Source of the DNA: Microthyrium microscopicum
Taxonomy: Eukaryota
Assembly: GCA_010405405.1 (NCBI GenBank)
Contig: MU004238.1
Location: forward strand, 73,530 to 137,529
Direction of reading: 5' to 3'
DNA length: 64,000 nucleotides
Made by a program: the position numbers and the translations under genes. The notes beneath the pieces are model-generated. The model was not told where the DNA came from, searched no databases, and was given only the letters and a program-made list of their open reading frames with translations. Position 1 is the stretch's first letter. Every line of letters starts with the position of its first letter. Of this stretch, positions 1 to 11,632 are shown piece by piece.

Positions 1-2
1 AT

Positions 3-995
3 GCTAGTCTATTTCCTGAGCGAAGTAGACGGGTTATTATTGACGGTGTGGTGAATCAGTTCGATTGGTATGAGAATGTTTTCGATGCCGAGTCATTGGA
101 GGACACTGATGCTGTGTTTGGTGGATTCCTGGATGAATGCATCAAGGCTGGGAAAAACTGCAGTCTGTCGGCTCTTGGGAAAACAAAAGATGAACTCTGG
201 CATAAGATACTAAAGCGCGCCGATGAGCTATCTGAGCAGCCTTTGAGCGTATACGTCAACAGTACCGTCTACGGATCACTGGATTACGAAGACATAATCT
301 ACAAAGCCATCTTTCCGAGCTTATACAAGCCAGCCAACTGGTACGACCTCGCCGACCGCCTCACAAAGTTCCTGAACGGCAATGCCACCGACTTATTGGT
401 AGCTCACACTATGAGTGACACCTGGGATTTTGTCGGCGACTCAGTCAGCTTCGTGCTAATCAATGACGGTCTATCCGGTCCAAAATACTGGCCAAGCAGC
501 CGCAAAGACATGATCACCAAGACAACGCCCTGGCTAAATCAAAGCCTTTTCAGCATGATGAGTTATGGCACATATTACCGCAAACAAGCCTGGGCGATAC
601 CAAAGACACACACCTTCGTTCCCAAAAAGAACGTGAAGACGGTACATCCTTTACTAATCCTATCAACAACATACGATCCAGTTTGCCCATTGGTCTCAGC
701 CCATGCAGCAAATAGAGCATTTGAGGGATCTAAGATTGTTGAGCTCAAAAGCTATGGACATTGCACAGTATCTATGCCATCTGAGTGCGTTGCGAAACAT
801 GTGAGGAAGTTTCTATATAATGGGACGTTGCCGGATAGTCATACGACTTGTGAGGTCGATGGGGCATATTTTGTGAAGCCGGAGGAGGATGGGAAGCTTG
901 TTGCGATGAAAGAGTTTGATGATGTGGAGGATCAAAGGCTTCATTTGGCGCAGGTTGAGATTGCGAGGGATAGGAGTTGGCCTTATAGATACTAG
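3..995 (+). CDS. TAP-like (tripeptidyl aminopeptidase-like) alpha/beta hydrolase, 5'-partial
   Basis: Frame is open from the window edge (..ASLFPERSRRVIIDGVV). C-terminal PLLILSTTYDPVCP..SYGHC matches the Abhydrolase_4/TAP C-domain with catalytic Asp and His. Confidence 0.85.
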   Translation, partial: ASLFPERSRRVIIDGVVNQFDWYENVFDAESLEDTDAVFGGFLDECIKAGKNCSLSALGKTKDELWHKILKRADELSEQPLSVYVNSTVYGSLDYEDIIYKAIFPSLYKPANWYDLADRLTKFLNGNATDLLVAHTMSDTWDFVGDSVSFVLINDGLSGPKYWPSSRKDMITKTTPWLNQSLFSMMSYGTYYRKQAWAIPKTHTFVPKKNVKTVHPLLILSTTYDPVCPLVSAHAANRAFEGSKIVELKSYGHCTVSMPSECVAKHVRKFLYNGTLPDSHTTCEVDGAYFVKPEEDGKLVAMKEFDDVEDQRLHLAQVEIARDRSWPYRY

Positions 996-1561
996 TAGTT
1001 GAGAAGTGATATACAAGGCACTGTGGGTGGTTTCTCTCACAAAAATAGTACATGCATTTATGAAGATGGAGTTATGGACATTCCAAAATGCACCATTTCA
1101 GTCAATTAATGTTTTCATGAGCATAATGCTCGAAGAAGTAGATAGTCTCAAAATGAAGCATGGCTCTTCTTGATTCTCAATAAGAAGCTTCAAATAGTTT
1201 GTGCAATTGTCCGTCGGTCCATTCTTTTATCGAGCGTGCTACCAAGAGATGTAGTAACAGGAGCCGAGCGTGGCATCCATGTGCGACATGTGGAAGGAGC
1301 TGAATCGACCACGAGACTGTTCGGAAGGAACTTCCCGCCATTTCGGTCCCAGCCTTTTCGTCAATTCTGCAGCTAAATGATAATGCGAAATCGAGGCGCA
1401 TCAGCTGTGAATGTATAGGTTACGAAATCGACTAAGAGGCAATGCGGAGTCGATTGTTCGTGATATCTATTTCCGCTCATGTAAAATATATTCATATGCC
1501 TCAAAAATGAAGTGATGACTTCAAATTACTCAAATTGTCAAATTCTCAATAGGTACAACTA

Positions 1562-1793
1562 CCGTAGAGCTGCGTTCAATCCCCTCGCAACGCTAAACCC
1601 AAAGTGCTGGTAGCGTCACTAAATTTAGTGGGCTCTGCCCCAAATGTACGCCTTACCCGTAAAACATGGATTCTATCTACTAAGCAGTATATCCCTTTTG
1701 CGAATGTTTTTGCGCCTCCAAAACTCTAAGCAGCCCTATTTGCCCCTTTGCCAAGTCATTAGCGTTGCGAGGGGATTGAACGCAGCTCTACGG
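1562..1793. mobile_element. MITE, Tc1/mariner-pogo type, 232 bp
   Basis: Perfect 35-bp TIRs CCGTAGAGCTGCGTTCAATCCCCTCGCAACGCTAA at 1562-1596 and 1759-1793, flanked by TA on both sides (1560-61, 1794-95). Non-coding interior. Confidence 0.9.
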
Positions 1794-3553
1794 TATGCAA
1801 AATTGTAGAGAAAAGATAAAGGTTGCACGACCAGCTTAGGTCTTACATGTGGTGTCTCAGCTCCAGCATAAACTTCACCTACTTTCCATGCTTCTATATC
1901 ATTCGCCAAGACATCCTGGCTCCTATAAAGCGTGATGGACAGCGGTAAACAATGTTTCAACAGAACGTTTTAGTATTTGCAAAAATATGATTCACATATA
2001 ATGTAGGTTACAGCTGGATCAAGCTGAAGTTACAGCTTTACAAGGTGTTGGCAGGCTGACAGGCTCTAGAAGGAGGCTGTTGGTTACAGCCCCAATGTGC
2101 TTTCAAGGGGCTTAACAGTCAAGACGGGCTTTGACAGGCTATGCGCCCAAAACAATCCATCCAACGGTCGGGAAATTACTGTCGCGTGTCCAATGGTAGT
2201 GATTATCTCCGATAAAGTGAGTTTGAACCTTTTGAATATTGATTCAGCGGTCTGCACTGCGCCGCTGGTGAAATAAGTGCAAGTGTTACTGCAGACATGG
2301 CCGCCCGTTGAAGTTTGAAGGACGACTGAAAAAGAGTTGTCACAATTTGAAAATATTCTGGAGGACTTTCTCCGGAAATGTGAATTGATTGATGTCATGC
2401 ATGCATCGATTGTTCTTGGCAAGAAAGTTAATTCTCCAATGAGGATGGCGGCAAAAGGAATATACTCTTGTGTGCTTGACTGTAAAAATATCGTGACAAT
2501 TTGGCGTTGAGAAAGGCACACAGGGCAGTTCTAGAACGAGCAGGTCGGCGGCTTGGCAAAGCCTTGCTGCAGGGTTTAGAGGCTAAGCTTTTTCTCAAAT
2601 CGGACAGCCGCCAGTCACTAAGCCTAATTAGGGAGCCATGGCGTTTAGATAAGTACGCTAGTAGTGATGAGGACTAGATCGGCAGGGCCGCTCGATGCAG
2701 GTGAAATAGTGGTGGCACTGGTTCGTCGAATAGTTACTTCTGTGTTTTGGAAGATCCCACCACTCACACTCTCTCGTGCTACACACGTTGCGCCTTTGCA
2801 CGCCCATAATCATGTTGGTCCATGTTGGTCTCTCAACAACGCGCCCACACCAGCCAAGGCCAGAAGTCCAGATGAGCAGACTTTGGTGATCATCTTGCAG
2901 TCCTCCATCTCGTCATTTGCGCCAACTGTCCATCATTTCTGCCACTCCTTTCTCCCCGTGCAAACTTTAACCATCGAGAGCCGCCTTTTGGGGGCCTGTT
3001 TAGCTTGTTCATCCGATCGTTTGGAAATCATCTTGCTGCGGCTGATCCACGCTCGTTCAAAAATCCTTGACCGTCTAGGTTAAATCTGCTGGCCAGATCT
3101 ATCATTCATCCCGGGAGGTTTTTCATTGCAACTCCGGGGGTTTGAAGACCTATGTTTGTTGCGTTTCATACAAATATATGCTCCCCTATTTTGGTTCACT
3201 ATTCCCTACCAACCACAATTACTCTTTCTGATCCATCTGAGGATCTTTAATATCTGTTCCCCACATTCACACTACCCTACTTCTTCACAAATATTGAGAT
3301 ACTGCTCAAAATCTTTCATTCTGGCCTGTTCACCTAACAGAAGGATTCATCACACCTTGCTTGCAATCCTACAAGTACCAGCCTGCTAGGAAACTCTCCA
3401 TCCTAATCCTTCTGACTGACTAGAAGCCCTTAAAGCCTGCTGAAGATCTAATCCTTCTGTGGCTTGTGAGAATGTTGAGCTAAGCCACCAGTTTTCAACA
3501 CGATACATATCAGTCTCTGGTCTTGATATTGTTGGTGGTTTCTACACAACAAG

Positions 3554-6181
3554 ATGTTTACATCATTTCTACTTTTACCATTACTTGTGGTATCAAGTCT
3601 TGCCCAACAGGATTACACACAATATGTCGACGTCTTTTTCGGAACTGGAAATGGCGGCAACATGTTTCCAGGTGTCGTTGGAGCTCCATTTGCACCTGTA
3701 AAGCTTGGTCCCGATGCCAATATTGATAATGTCAAATCTGGCTTCGACCCATCAAGTCCAATCAGTGGATTCAGTCTAATGCACGAGACTGGAACTGGAG
3801 GAGCTCCAAAATATGGCACAGTCTCTCAACTCCCAGTTCTTGGAAATGTCGATGACCCTCTGGCCAGCCTCTCATTAACTCGAGCAAAACCCGACAACGC
3901 ATCTCTTGGATACTACCAGACAAGTCTTTCCAATGGAATAGTTGTCGAACTCGCGGCGTCCGAGCATGCAGGTTTCTTCAAATATACCTTTCCACCCAAC
4001 AAAGGTCAAGCAGGAGTTGTGGTCGACGTATCCCATTTCCTTACTTCTAAACTTCCCAACAATCTTGGCCAGTCGTACAGCAGAGGCTCCATGCAAACTT
4101 ATCCTGATGGTCATTACACAGGCAGCGGGACATATCATGGTGGTTGGAATCTTGCGCCGGATTGGACTGTTTACTTCTGTGGTCGTTTCAGTGAGACACC
4201 GGTGTCAGCCAAGGTCTTCTCAGGATCCAATTCAACTTCCAAAGCTTATATCGATGGCACTTTCGCGTCTGGTCCAGTCAAAGTCGGTGCGGTCTTCCAA
4301 TTTGATGGCACATCTGTTGCCTCAAGAGTTGGTTTCTCTTTCATTTCTACAGAGAAAGCTTGTACATTCTTGGACGAAGAAATTACCGCCACCACAACCC
4401 TCCAAAATTTGGTAGACATTAGCAAAGCCAAGTGGAACGTAGAAGTCTTTTCCAAAGTGCGAACTACGGAGAAGAACACGACATTGCTCGGCCAACTATA
4501 TACTTCCCTCTATGGAATGCACATTCTGCCATCCAATCGAACTGGAGATAATCCCAATACCAAATGGAAGGCCACCGACCCATACTATGACGACTTTTAT
4601 ACACTCTGGGATCTTTACAGATGCACAACACCTCTCCTCCAAATCCTCCAACCAAATATGTATGAGGAACTCATCCGCAGTGTCATCGGAGTCTTCCAAA
4701 CCGAAGGTTACATGCCAGACGGCCGATCCAGTAACTTCAACGGACGCTCGCAGGGTGGATCAAGTGCTGATAACATCCTCGCCGACGCTTATATCAAAGG
4801 AGTCCGTGGCAAGATCGACTGGAATGCTGGCTACGCCGCCATGGTCAAAGACGCAGAAGTTGCACCACCGCCCAACAACGATCCCCAAGGAAAAGACAGC
4901 TCAACTAAAGAGGGTCGTGGTGCCCTGCCGGATTGGATCAATTTGGGATACATCACCACCAAGTTCACTCGCTCCGCATCTCGCGCCATTGAATATGCTG
5001 GTAACGACTTTGCTCTCTACCAGGTGGCCTCGGGCATGGGCAAAACAAAGGATGCAGACCGCTATCTGGCGCGCAGTCGCAACTGGCGCAACCACTGGAG
5101 TCCCAACACCACATCCCTTGGAACACAAGGCTTCATCGTCCCTCGCAGACGTAATGGCAGTCTCGCCACAAACCAAAATGCAACTAGCTGCGGCGGCTGC
5201 TACTGGGGCGACGACTACTACGAAGCCAAACCATGGGAGTACAGCGTCAACGCACACCACGATCTCGCAACCTTGATCAAATACGATGGCTCCGACAACG
5301 CCTTTTCAACCCGTCTTAACACTTTGCTCGATCCAAAGAACAAGCTCGCAGACATGGGCAACGAGCCCTCCTTTGGCTCACCCTATCTCTACAACTTCAT
5401 CAACCAACAGTCCCTCAGCGTCAAGAACAGCCGCCAAATCGCCAAAACCCAATACAGCCCCGGCCCAGCCGGTCTACCAGGCAACAGCGACGCCGGCGCA
5501 ATGCAAAGCTGGCTACTATGGAACATGATCGGTCTCTACCCACTCACCGGCCAAACAACATTCCTCATCCACTCACCCTGGTTCTCCGACCTCACCATCG
5601 ATCTAGGCAACGGCAAGAACCTCCACGTCACATCAACCGGCGGCTCCGACACCGCGATCTACGTACAGAGCCTCAAAGTCAACGGCAAAGCTTGGAACAA
5701 GAACTGGGTCTCCTGGAACGATGTCTTCGCCTCTGGAGGTACAATGGAATTCGTGCTAGGTCCAGAGATGAAAAACTGGGATACTGGCGATCTCCCACCC
5801 TCACCAGCGAGCAATGGCGATCAGACGGGAATTAACTTTAGTACGTACGAATCAGCAAAGTTGAAGCATGATAAGTTACGACGCATTGCGATTATTGTTG
5901 GAAGTGTTTTTGCGTTCCTGCTACTTTGTGCGTTGATAGCGACTTGGTGGTTATGGCGATCTGGACTATTTTGGCTGCGCAATAGGAGATCTGATTTGGA
6001 GAATATCAAAAACGATGATGAGGCTAACAGGATGGCGCAGAGCAAAGATGATATCGCAAACGCAAGGGCGGAGATCGCCAAATCGGATGATGGGGACGAG
6101 AAGAAGAGTCCGATTGTCACGAGTGATGATCGGAGTGAGATCTCGAGAGAGACGGATGAGGTTGTGGATGTCAAGAAATAA
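3554..6181 (+). CDS. GH92 alpha-1,2-mannosidase with signal peptide and C-terminal TM helix
   Basis: Single 875-aa ORF with GH92 motifs (GFSLMHETGTGGAPKYG, YYDDFYTLWDLYR, GRSQGGS, GNEPSF, GLPGNSDAGAMQSW). Hydrophobic IAIIVGSVFAFLLLCALIATWWLW near the C-terminus. Confidence 0.93.
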   Translation: MFTSFLLLPLLVVSSLAQQDYTQYVDVFFGTGNGGNMFPGVVGAPFAPVKLGPDANIDNVKSGFDPSSPISGFSLMHETGTGGAPKYGTVSQLPVLGNVDDPLASLSLTRAKPDNASLGYYQTSLSNGIVVELAASEHAGFFKYTFPPNKGQAGVVVDVSHFLTSKLPNNLGQSYSRGSMQTYPDGHYTGSGTYHGGWNLAPDWTVYFCGRFSETPVSAKVFSGSNSTSKAYIDGTFASGPVKVGAVFQFDGTSVASRVGFSFISTEKACTFLDEEITATTTLQNLVDISKAKWNVEVFSKVRTTEKNTTLLGQLYTSLYGMHILPSNRTGDNPNTKWKATDPYYDDFYTLWDLYRCTTPLLQILQPNMYEELIRSVIGVFQTEGYMPDGRSSNFNGRSQGGSSADNILADAYIKGVRGKIDWNAGYAAMVKDAEVAPPPNNDPQGKDSSTKEGRGALPDWINLGYITTKFTRSASRAIEYAGNDFALYQVASGMGKTKDADRYLARSRNWRNHWSPNTTSLGTQGFIVPRRRNGSLATNQNATSCGGCYWGDDYYEAKPWEYSVNAHHDLATLIKYDGSDNAFSTRLNTLLDPKNKLADMGNEPSFGSPYLYNFINQQSLSVKNSRQIAKTQYSPGPAGLPGNSDAGAMQSWLLWNMIGLYPLTGQTTFLIHSPWFSDLTIDLGNGKNLHVTSTGGSDTAIYVQSLKVNGKAWNKNWVSWNDVFASGGTMEFVLGPEMKNWDTGDLPPSPASNGDQTGINFSTYESAKLKHDKLRRIAIIVGSVFAFLLLCALIATWWLWRSGLFWLRNRRSDLENIKNDDEANRMAQSKDDIANARAEIAKSDDGDEKKSPIVTSDDRSEISRETDEVVDVKK

Positions 6182-6628
6182 GACGTGCTGTGGTCCGTCC
6201 TCTATGGAAGAAGGTGGTACCAGGTGTACGAAGCATTTTGCAATTTTGCATTTAGCAATGGCGTTGGTGGTGGTTTACCTTTTTTATGATACCCACATAC
6301 AGCTTGATATAGATAGAACGTCTGAATCTCTGAAATACATTAAATTTATACATACCTTGTTTTCATGTTCGGTATCATCTTGTGCTGAGCAACAATTTGG
6401 AGGTCCTGTGGTCTCATGACTATATTCGCCTTGCTCCAGTGCTAAATGGCCTGATAGCAATGAAGGACAGACGTCCCTATGCATACACAAGACGTCTAGA
6501 GCATTCCTCTAAATCACAGTGAACAGAGTCAATAGTTCCAAATGATTTATTTGGTGCGTATAGTATAGATTTGTGGATTATTCGTTGGGTATCTACTATT
6601 GGATGTGCTGTATTACAGGGTTTTTCAT

Positions 6629-9564
6629 TTACATCTGCGGGTGATTATTCAAAACCCGACTATGGGCGATCATGGAAGCAACCTGCTGTATGTGCAGGCG
6701 ATAATCCTCAACATCAACATCCGTCGGCCAACCACCAAGCACCTCAATGTCAACAAAGAGGCTCTTGATCAACTCCACCAGCTCAGGAGACGCCTTGGGC
6801 AAGTCTGCAGCGGGGCCAGTCCTCACAACCTCTGGAAACTCGAGACCAATTCGCACAGCCCGAATGACGAATTTCCAGCGAGGATCTTGGGCCCATAGAT
6901 CTGCAAACTCGTCTTTGTGGGACACTAGCCAGAGACAGCAGCTGTAGATGCCTTCAAAGTCGGCGAGGACGGCGAGGGCGCGAACGTAGCGTTGCATTTG
7001 AGCGGCATTGGGAAGGCCAAGAACTTTTGGGATCGGCGGGACTTCCAGTCCTTCAGTGGCCGAGTCCAAAGTAGCCGGTTGTACAATGACCGACGCGGTA
7101 GTCACAGCGAAAGTCTTGCGGAGTATCGTTGAAGCTTGGGCTAAGAACAATTCCGCGCCAGAGAGTAGGTCATGATAGTTATTCACGCGATTGTCGTTTG
7201 TTGACATGGCGATTAATTTGTGGGCACTACGACCTCCAAGCTCCATGAATTGGGAGAGTCTAAAGAGAAAGTCATATACGGGTGGAAGGTCCTTTCGCTT
7301 CATTTCCGATAGGAGATCTAAAATGATGCCAAGAAACCAGAACGCGGGAGGTCTTTGAGGAATTTTGATATTCCAAATCACACGATGAATTGCACTCATA
7401 ATAGCAATTGGTCGGTTGAGTGCCAGGAGGTTTCGTTTCTTGGAGAGATGCAACGCAATGAACAATGGCTTGGAAGCAAGGTCCCGTTTAACATGGTCCA
7501 TATGGAGACTGGACGCGATATCGCTCGATATTTCACGCCGAACGTTCGCATCAAGTAGTGGAGTGCAGATAGTGTCCCAAGGATATAGACACAAGACCTC
7601 AAAGAGCCCCACAGCAAGAGGCAAGGGTAATGAGCGTAAAAGTTCCGTTGATCGAATCCCAGTCATGGTGGTCAAGACATGGATAGCGTCATCGACGGAC
7701 GGGCATTGAGAAACAATCTTCTTGATGAACACACTAGAGCTTGTTCTCGAGCCCTTGTGTGCTATCATTTGTTCGAAAAAGGTCATGTAGTCAGGAGGCT
7801 CTGATTCGAGATAGACTTTGTCCTTCACTACCATCGTTGGTGCTTCTAGTTCTCGAACATCGCCTTTGAAGCGATCTTTCGAGTGAGATCTAGGTTGTGG
7901 TCGAAACTGAGCCTCATGACGCTCTTTTTCCAAAGCTATCTTTTCGAACATTTTGACATAGATGCGCTCAGAAAAAGGCTGGCCTTGTTTGTGTCTCTGT
8001 AAGAACATATGCCAAGCCTCTCGCACATCTCGACACACTTCTATCGCCGCAGCAAAGTACGCTGCATCAGCATCCTTAGGGTCGTTGAGCTGTTGGAGCG
8101 TTCGAAATGTAGGGGATCTCGTCTTAGTCTGTATCGCTGGCGTTCCATCGTCTTGCCATCCAGCATATAGTCGAGCAATGCGCTCCCAGACTGGAAATGC
8201 GTAGCCAGCTTGCCTCATATATTGCACAGTCCGTAGAGCCCTAGAAGTACCAAACTCAAATCCTTTGTCGTCGTCAAATGATGTCTTTGGCTTTGGATAG
8301 GGCGGCCATTGCCTGGACTGTAGTCTAGCCCATTCCTCCTCCTGTGGTGTCTTGTTGTTTTTCAATTGCACTTTTATTAAACCAACGAAACCAGCACTTG
8401 TCATTGGAAGACTTGGGCTGAAATTCAACATATGCGACACGATGGCAAACTGAGCCACGGCTTGGTGTGCTGCTGCTCCAAAGGGGGTTGGGCCATGCGC
8501 TGCGGATAAGATGAGCAACGCTCGGTTGTAAAGTCCCGTGATAACATCAAGAGCATGTTGTGAGCCCTCACCAGAGAACGACTTTGGATAACAAGGGGTA
8601 AAAGTCGTGAGTAATGAGGCAATATTTGGCAACCCGTTAGGCATGACCACTTCTGCATGTCGGACTAAACTCTGAAAGATGTTGAAAACCTGTTCGTCCT
8701 CAACGATTTGAAGACCTGGTTCTCGTAATGCTTCCCAAATGCAGCTAAGCAAAGCCTGCAAGTGTGGGCTGCTCATGTACTTTCGCTCCAAAACAAACCT
8801 CAGTACAAAAAGTGGCATTTGAATCAGCTTCCCATTTTCGCGTTGCTGACGATAAGTGGTCTGGTGGCGTTGAAGGAGCGTAATTGTGGATTGCATATTT
8901 TCTTCCAGAAGTATGGCTGACCACGCACTGACATCTTCAATGGTATACCCTTTGTGACTTAACCAATTACGCTCACGCAGACTTATCTGCGGATTCCAGA
9001 GCGGTTGATTACTCTCTTCTCCGGCGTCCAGAGCCACATGGGATTTGGTTTCGTGATCTGTCCGCTGCCTCATAACTTTGGCTGTGATGGACCATAGAGT
9101 TGGGATTGCATCCATTATTGCTGTCTGAAGAGGATTGCTTGACCAGTCTTGAAGAAGTGTTCTCCTGTACGAGCCACGGCTAAGCTCAATACCCAGTCTC
9201 TTGCTCACATTTCTGTGCGGAAAGACGTCCCTAAGCATTGCGCCACCCTCCAATTTAGAGTATAGAAACGCATTGTAGAGCGTAAGGAAAGGCGGTGGGC
9301 GATTACGCTTGAGCCACGTGTATGTTTTGTCATCTAGCCTGATTGGAGTGCTTCCGGAGCGCTGCTTCTGTAGTGGGATATTTTCAGGCGGGAGAACTGG
9401 AGGTGTTGAGCCTTCCAAAGCGCGCACAACGTCAACAGCCTACAACCATCAAGTCAGAACCACTTCAATCGAAGAGCAACAGGGGAAGTATGATTCTCTA
9501 CCTTTGATACCGCAGCGGACAGGGCTGTCTTTGCAGCTGATGGGTTTGTTGGTTTGAGTTGCAT
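6629..9564 (-). CDS. Large fungal hypothetical protein, possibly helical-repeat/PPR-like
   Basis: 932-aa ORF extended by a 21-codon exon 1 (ATG 9564, MQLKPTNPSAAKTALSAAVSK) and intron 9440-9501 (GTAGAG..CTGAC..TAG). Function is inferred only loosely, and further upstream exons are possible. Confidence 0.7.
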
Positions 9565-9903
9565 TCATTCCTGCAACTACGGCAATGCCGCTGGCATATT
9601 CGAGCGGGAATATGGAGAGCCTGCTTTCAAGTTTGCTTAAGTAGAGCTTTGAAGTCGAGGCTAGGTATTTCGGGAGAAAGAAGATTGAGATTTGTAGCTG
9701 GTTGTTGATGTAAATGGTCGCAGATTCTCAATCGGGTGGAAAGCTTCATCAAAATCTGGAGGTCTGTGCGCTGCTTACTATTCCCAAGCTCTCCCTTGCT
9801 TTTTATAGAGATTGATACTCTCGCTGTGTGCTCAGAACAGCAGATCAATGGAAATAGTTCTTATTACTTCTTCTGATCCTCTAGAGCAACTAATGCTCAG
9901 TTC

Positions 9904-11283
9904 TTAAAGTTCTTCGTTACATACTCCTTCCACGTAGTCAGCGCAGGAAGGCCAGACCTTTGCCACCAACTCAATTGCCTTGTCTACAGCATCCTGTGGC
10001 TCGCCAACAAAGTATCCTGGAGACTCGAAAGTTTGCATGCTGGCTGCCAGCTCGTCCGCAGCTGCAGGTGGCACGAAAGACTTGAACTGATCATAAGTGA
10101 TGCTGCCAACCTTTGCCATCTTTCCAGTCACCTCCTCGAAAACTTTGGGAAAAGCAGTTGGAGAAAATATCCACTAGCTCCTGTGATATGCTTATTGAGC
10201 GTCTCGGGGAGGTTGAGAAGAATTGCTGCAACAAATAGACCAGTATCTTCCTTTGCGTTGATCAAAGGAAGCTTGGTAGCCTCAATGATGAAACGACCAT
10301 TCCAGGTATGAACACCATCTTTGTCATGGCCAAACGAGTTCAGAGGGAAAGACATGAAGCCTGCCGGCATAAACTAGGAGCCGGGAAGATTGATCCTTCT
10401 TGCGTATTCTTCTACTCTAGCTTTGAAGTTGAAATGATGCACTCCAGAGGACTTGCCATCGGTTGCTGTACCCGTCAGTAAGATAGCTTTGGCAAGGTCA
10501 ACTCTTCATACCTCTTGACACTTATGGTAGGGAACTGTAGATAAATCTCTCAATGCCAGCTTCCTCGCAAGAATCTTGCCCTGCTGGGTCAACCGCATGG
10601 CAAAATAACTGGCGCGCTCCCATCCCTCGATGGCTATTATGCGTTGCGCTTAGCTATCGAATATTTTATTTGCCATAGAAGACGTTTACGATTTGATATC
10701 TTATCGTGTACAATGGCAAACAAAGCAGCCCCTAATGAATAGGGGTGATGGGAGCCATCAACGTCGATGGGAGGGGGCCATTTATTTTGCCAGGCTGTAG
10801 CTGGATTTCCGTGTCCGCACTCATTGATAACCAGACTTCAAATGATTAGTATCAGCTCTCATGATGTTTCAGATTCTTGACGTACAGTTGGTAACGCCAA
10901 ATACTGCGGCAGAGTCCTTAACAGGCTTCGTGAGAGATTCTTTGCCATTCATATCGGCCTTCGATGAATTAGCAACCAGTGTCTACCCAGTATTGAGAAA
11001 ACTTACGGTGACCATCTCAACGCCCTTCTCTCTCAAAGCAACTGCTGCGGGTTTGCTGACATCTCTGGTGATTCCTCGAAATTTCCAAGTATTGGACAGC
11101 TCAGGAGAATCAAGAACTCTGCGAATGACAGAGCCTAGATTCCGTTAGCATATCACCGTCATACAACACTATTGTCTCCATCGCAGCTGAACATTGAATG
11201 CTTAACGTAGGACTGATGGACTTGCAGAGAAACTTACCTCCTTGGTTGCGAGTGGCGCCAAAGACGGTGAGTAGCTTGGACAT
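9904..11283 (-). pseudogene. NmrA-like NAD(P)-binding protein pseudogene
   Basis: MSKLLTVFGATRNQGG (Rossmann GATGNQGG with G>R), FRGITRD, VFGVTN, EIQ/QGK, HHFNFKA, EDTGLFVAAIL. Fragments fall in different frames and an insertion sits at 10588-10799. Confidence 0.8.
10588..10799. mobile_element. Degenerate MITE-like insertion within the NmrA pseudogene
   Basis: Imperfect ~40-bp inverted repeats (GCATGGCAAAATAACTGGCGCGCTCCCATC vs reverse complement GCCTGGCAAAATAAATGGCCCCCTCCCATC). GCTGG is repeated at 10583-87 and 10800-04. Confidence 0.7.
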
Positions 11284-11632
11284 GATTGATTTTGATATCA
11301 TAGAATTGATGGTGTAAAGTATTGTAGTGATATGAGACCGAATGATCTGACTTCGAATCTGATAGACTTAATTCTTTATGGGTTTACGCCAGTTAAATAC
11401 ATCTTCAACAATCGACTGTTGTACACAGCGATATCGTATACAGCTTAACAACAGATTCTGAGCTACCTAAGGTTAAATGACATTTCTAGCACTTGAGGAA
11501 ATGCCCGGAGAGCCTGATATGCACGACGAGTAGGTCCTTTTTGGAAAATGTATAGGTCTGGCTTTGCGGCAATCAGATGTCTAAGGGCTCCCGTGGCCTC
11601 TTTTCTATATCGTTCTCAATCTTCCTCCTGAC

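Noticed and set aside
2084..3389. Several 87-145 aa ORFs upstream of GH92
   Set aside because: Non-ATG starts, no recognisable domain, and no terminal repeats I could verify.
4512..5276. 254-aa alternative-frame ORF inside GH92
   Set aside because: Frame-shifted shadow caused by codon bias; no motifs.
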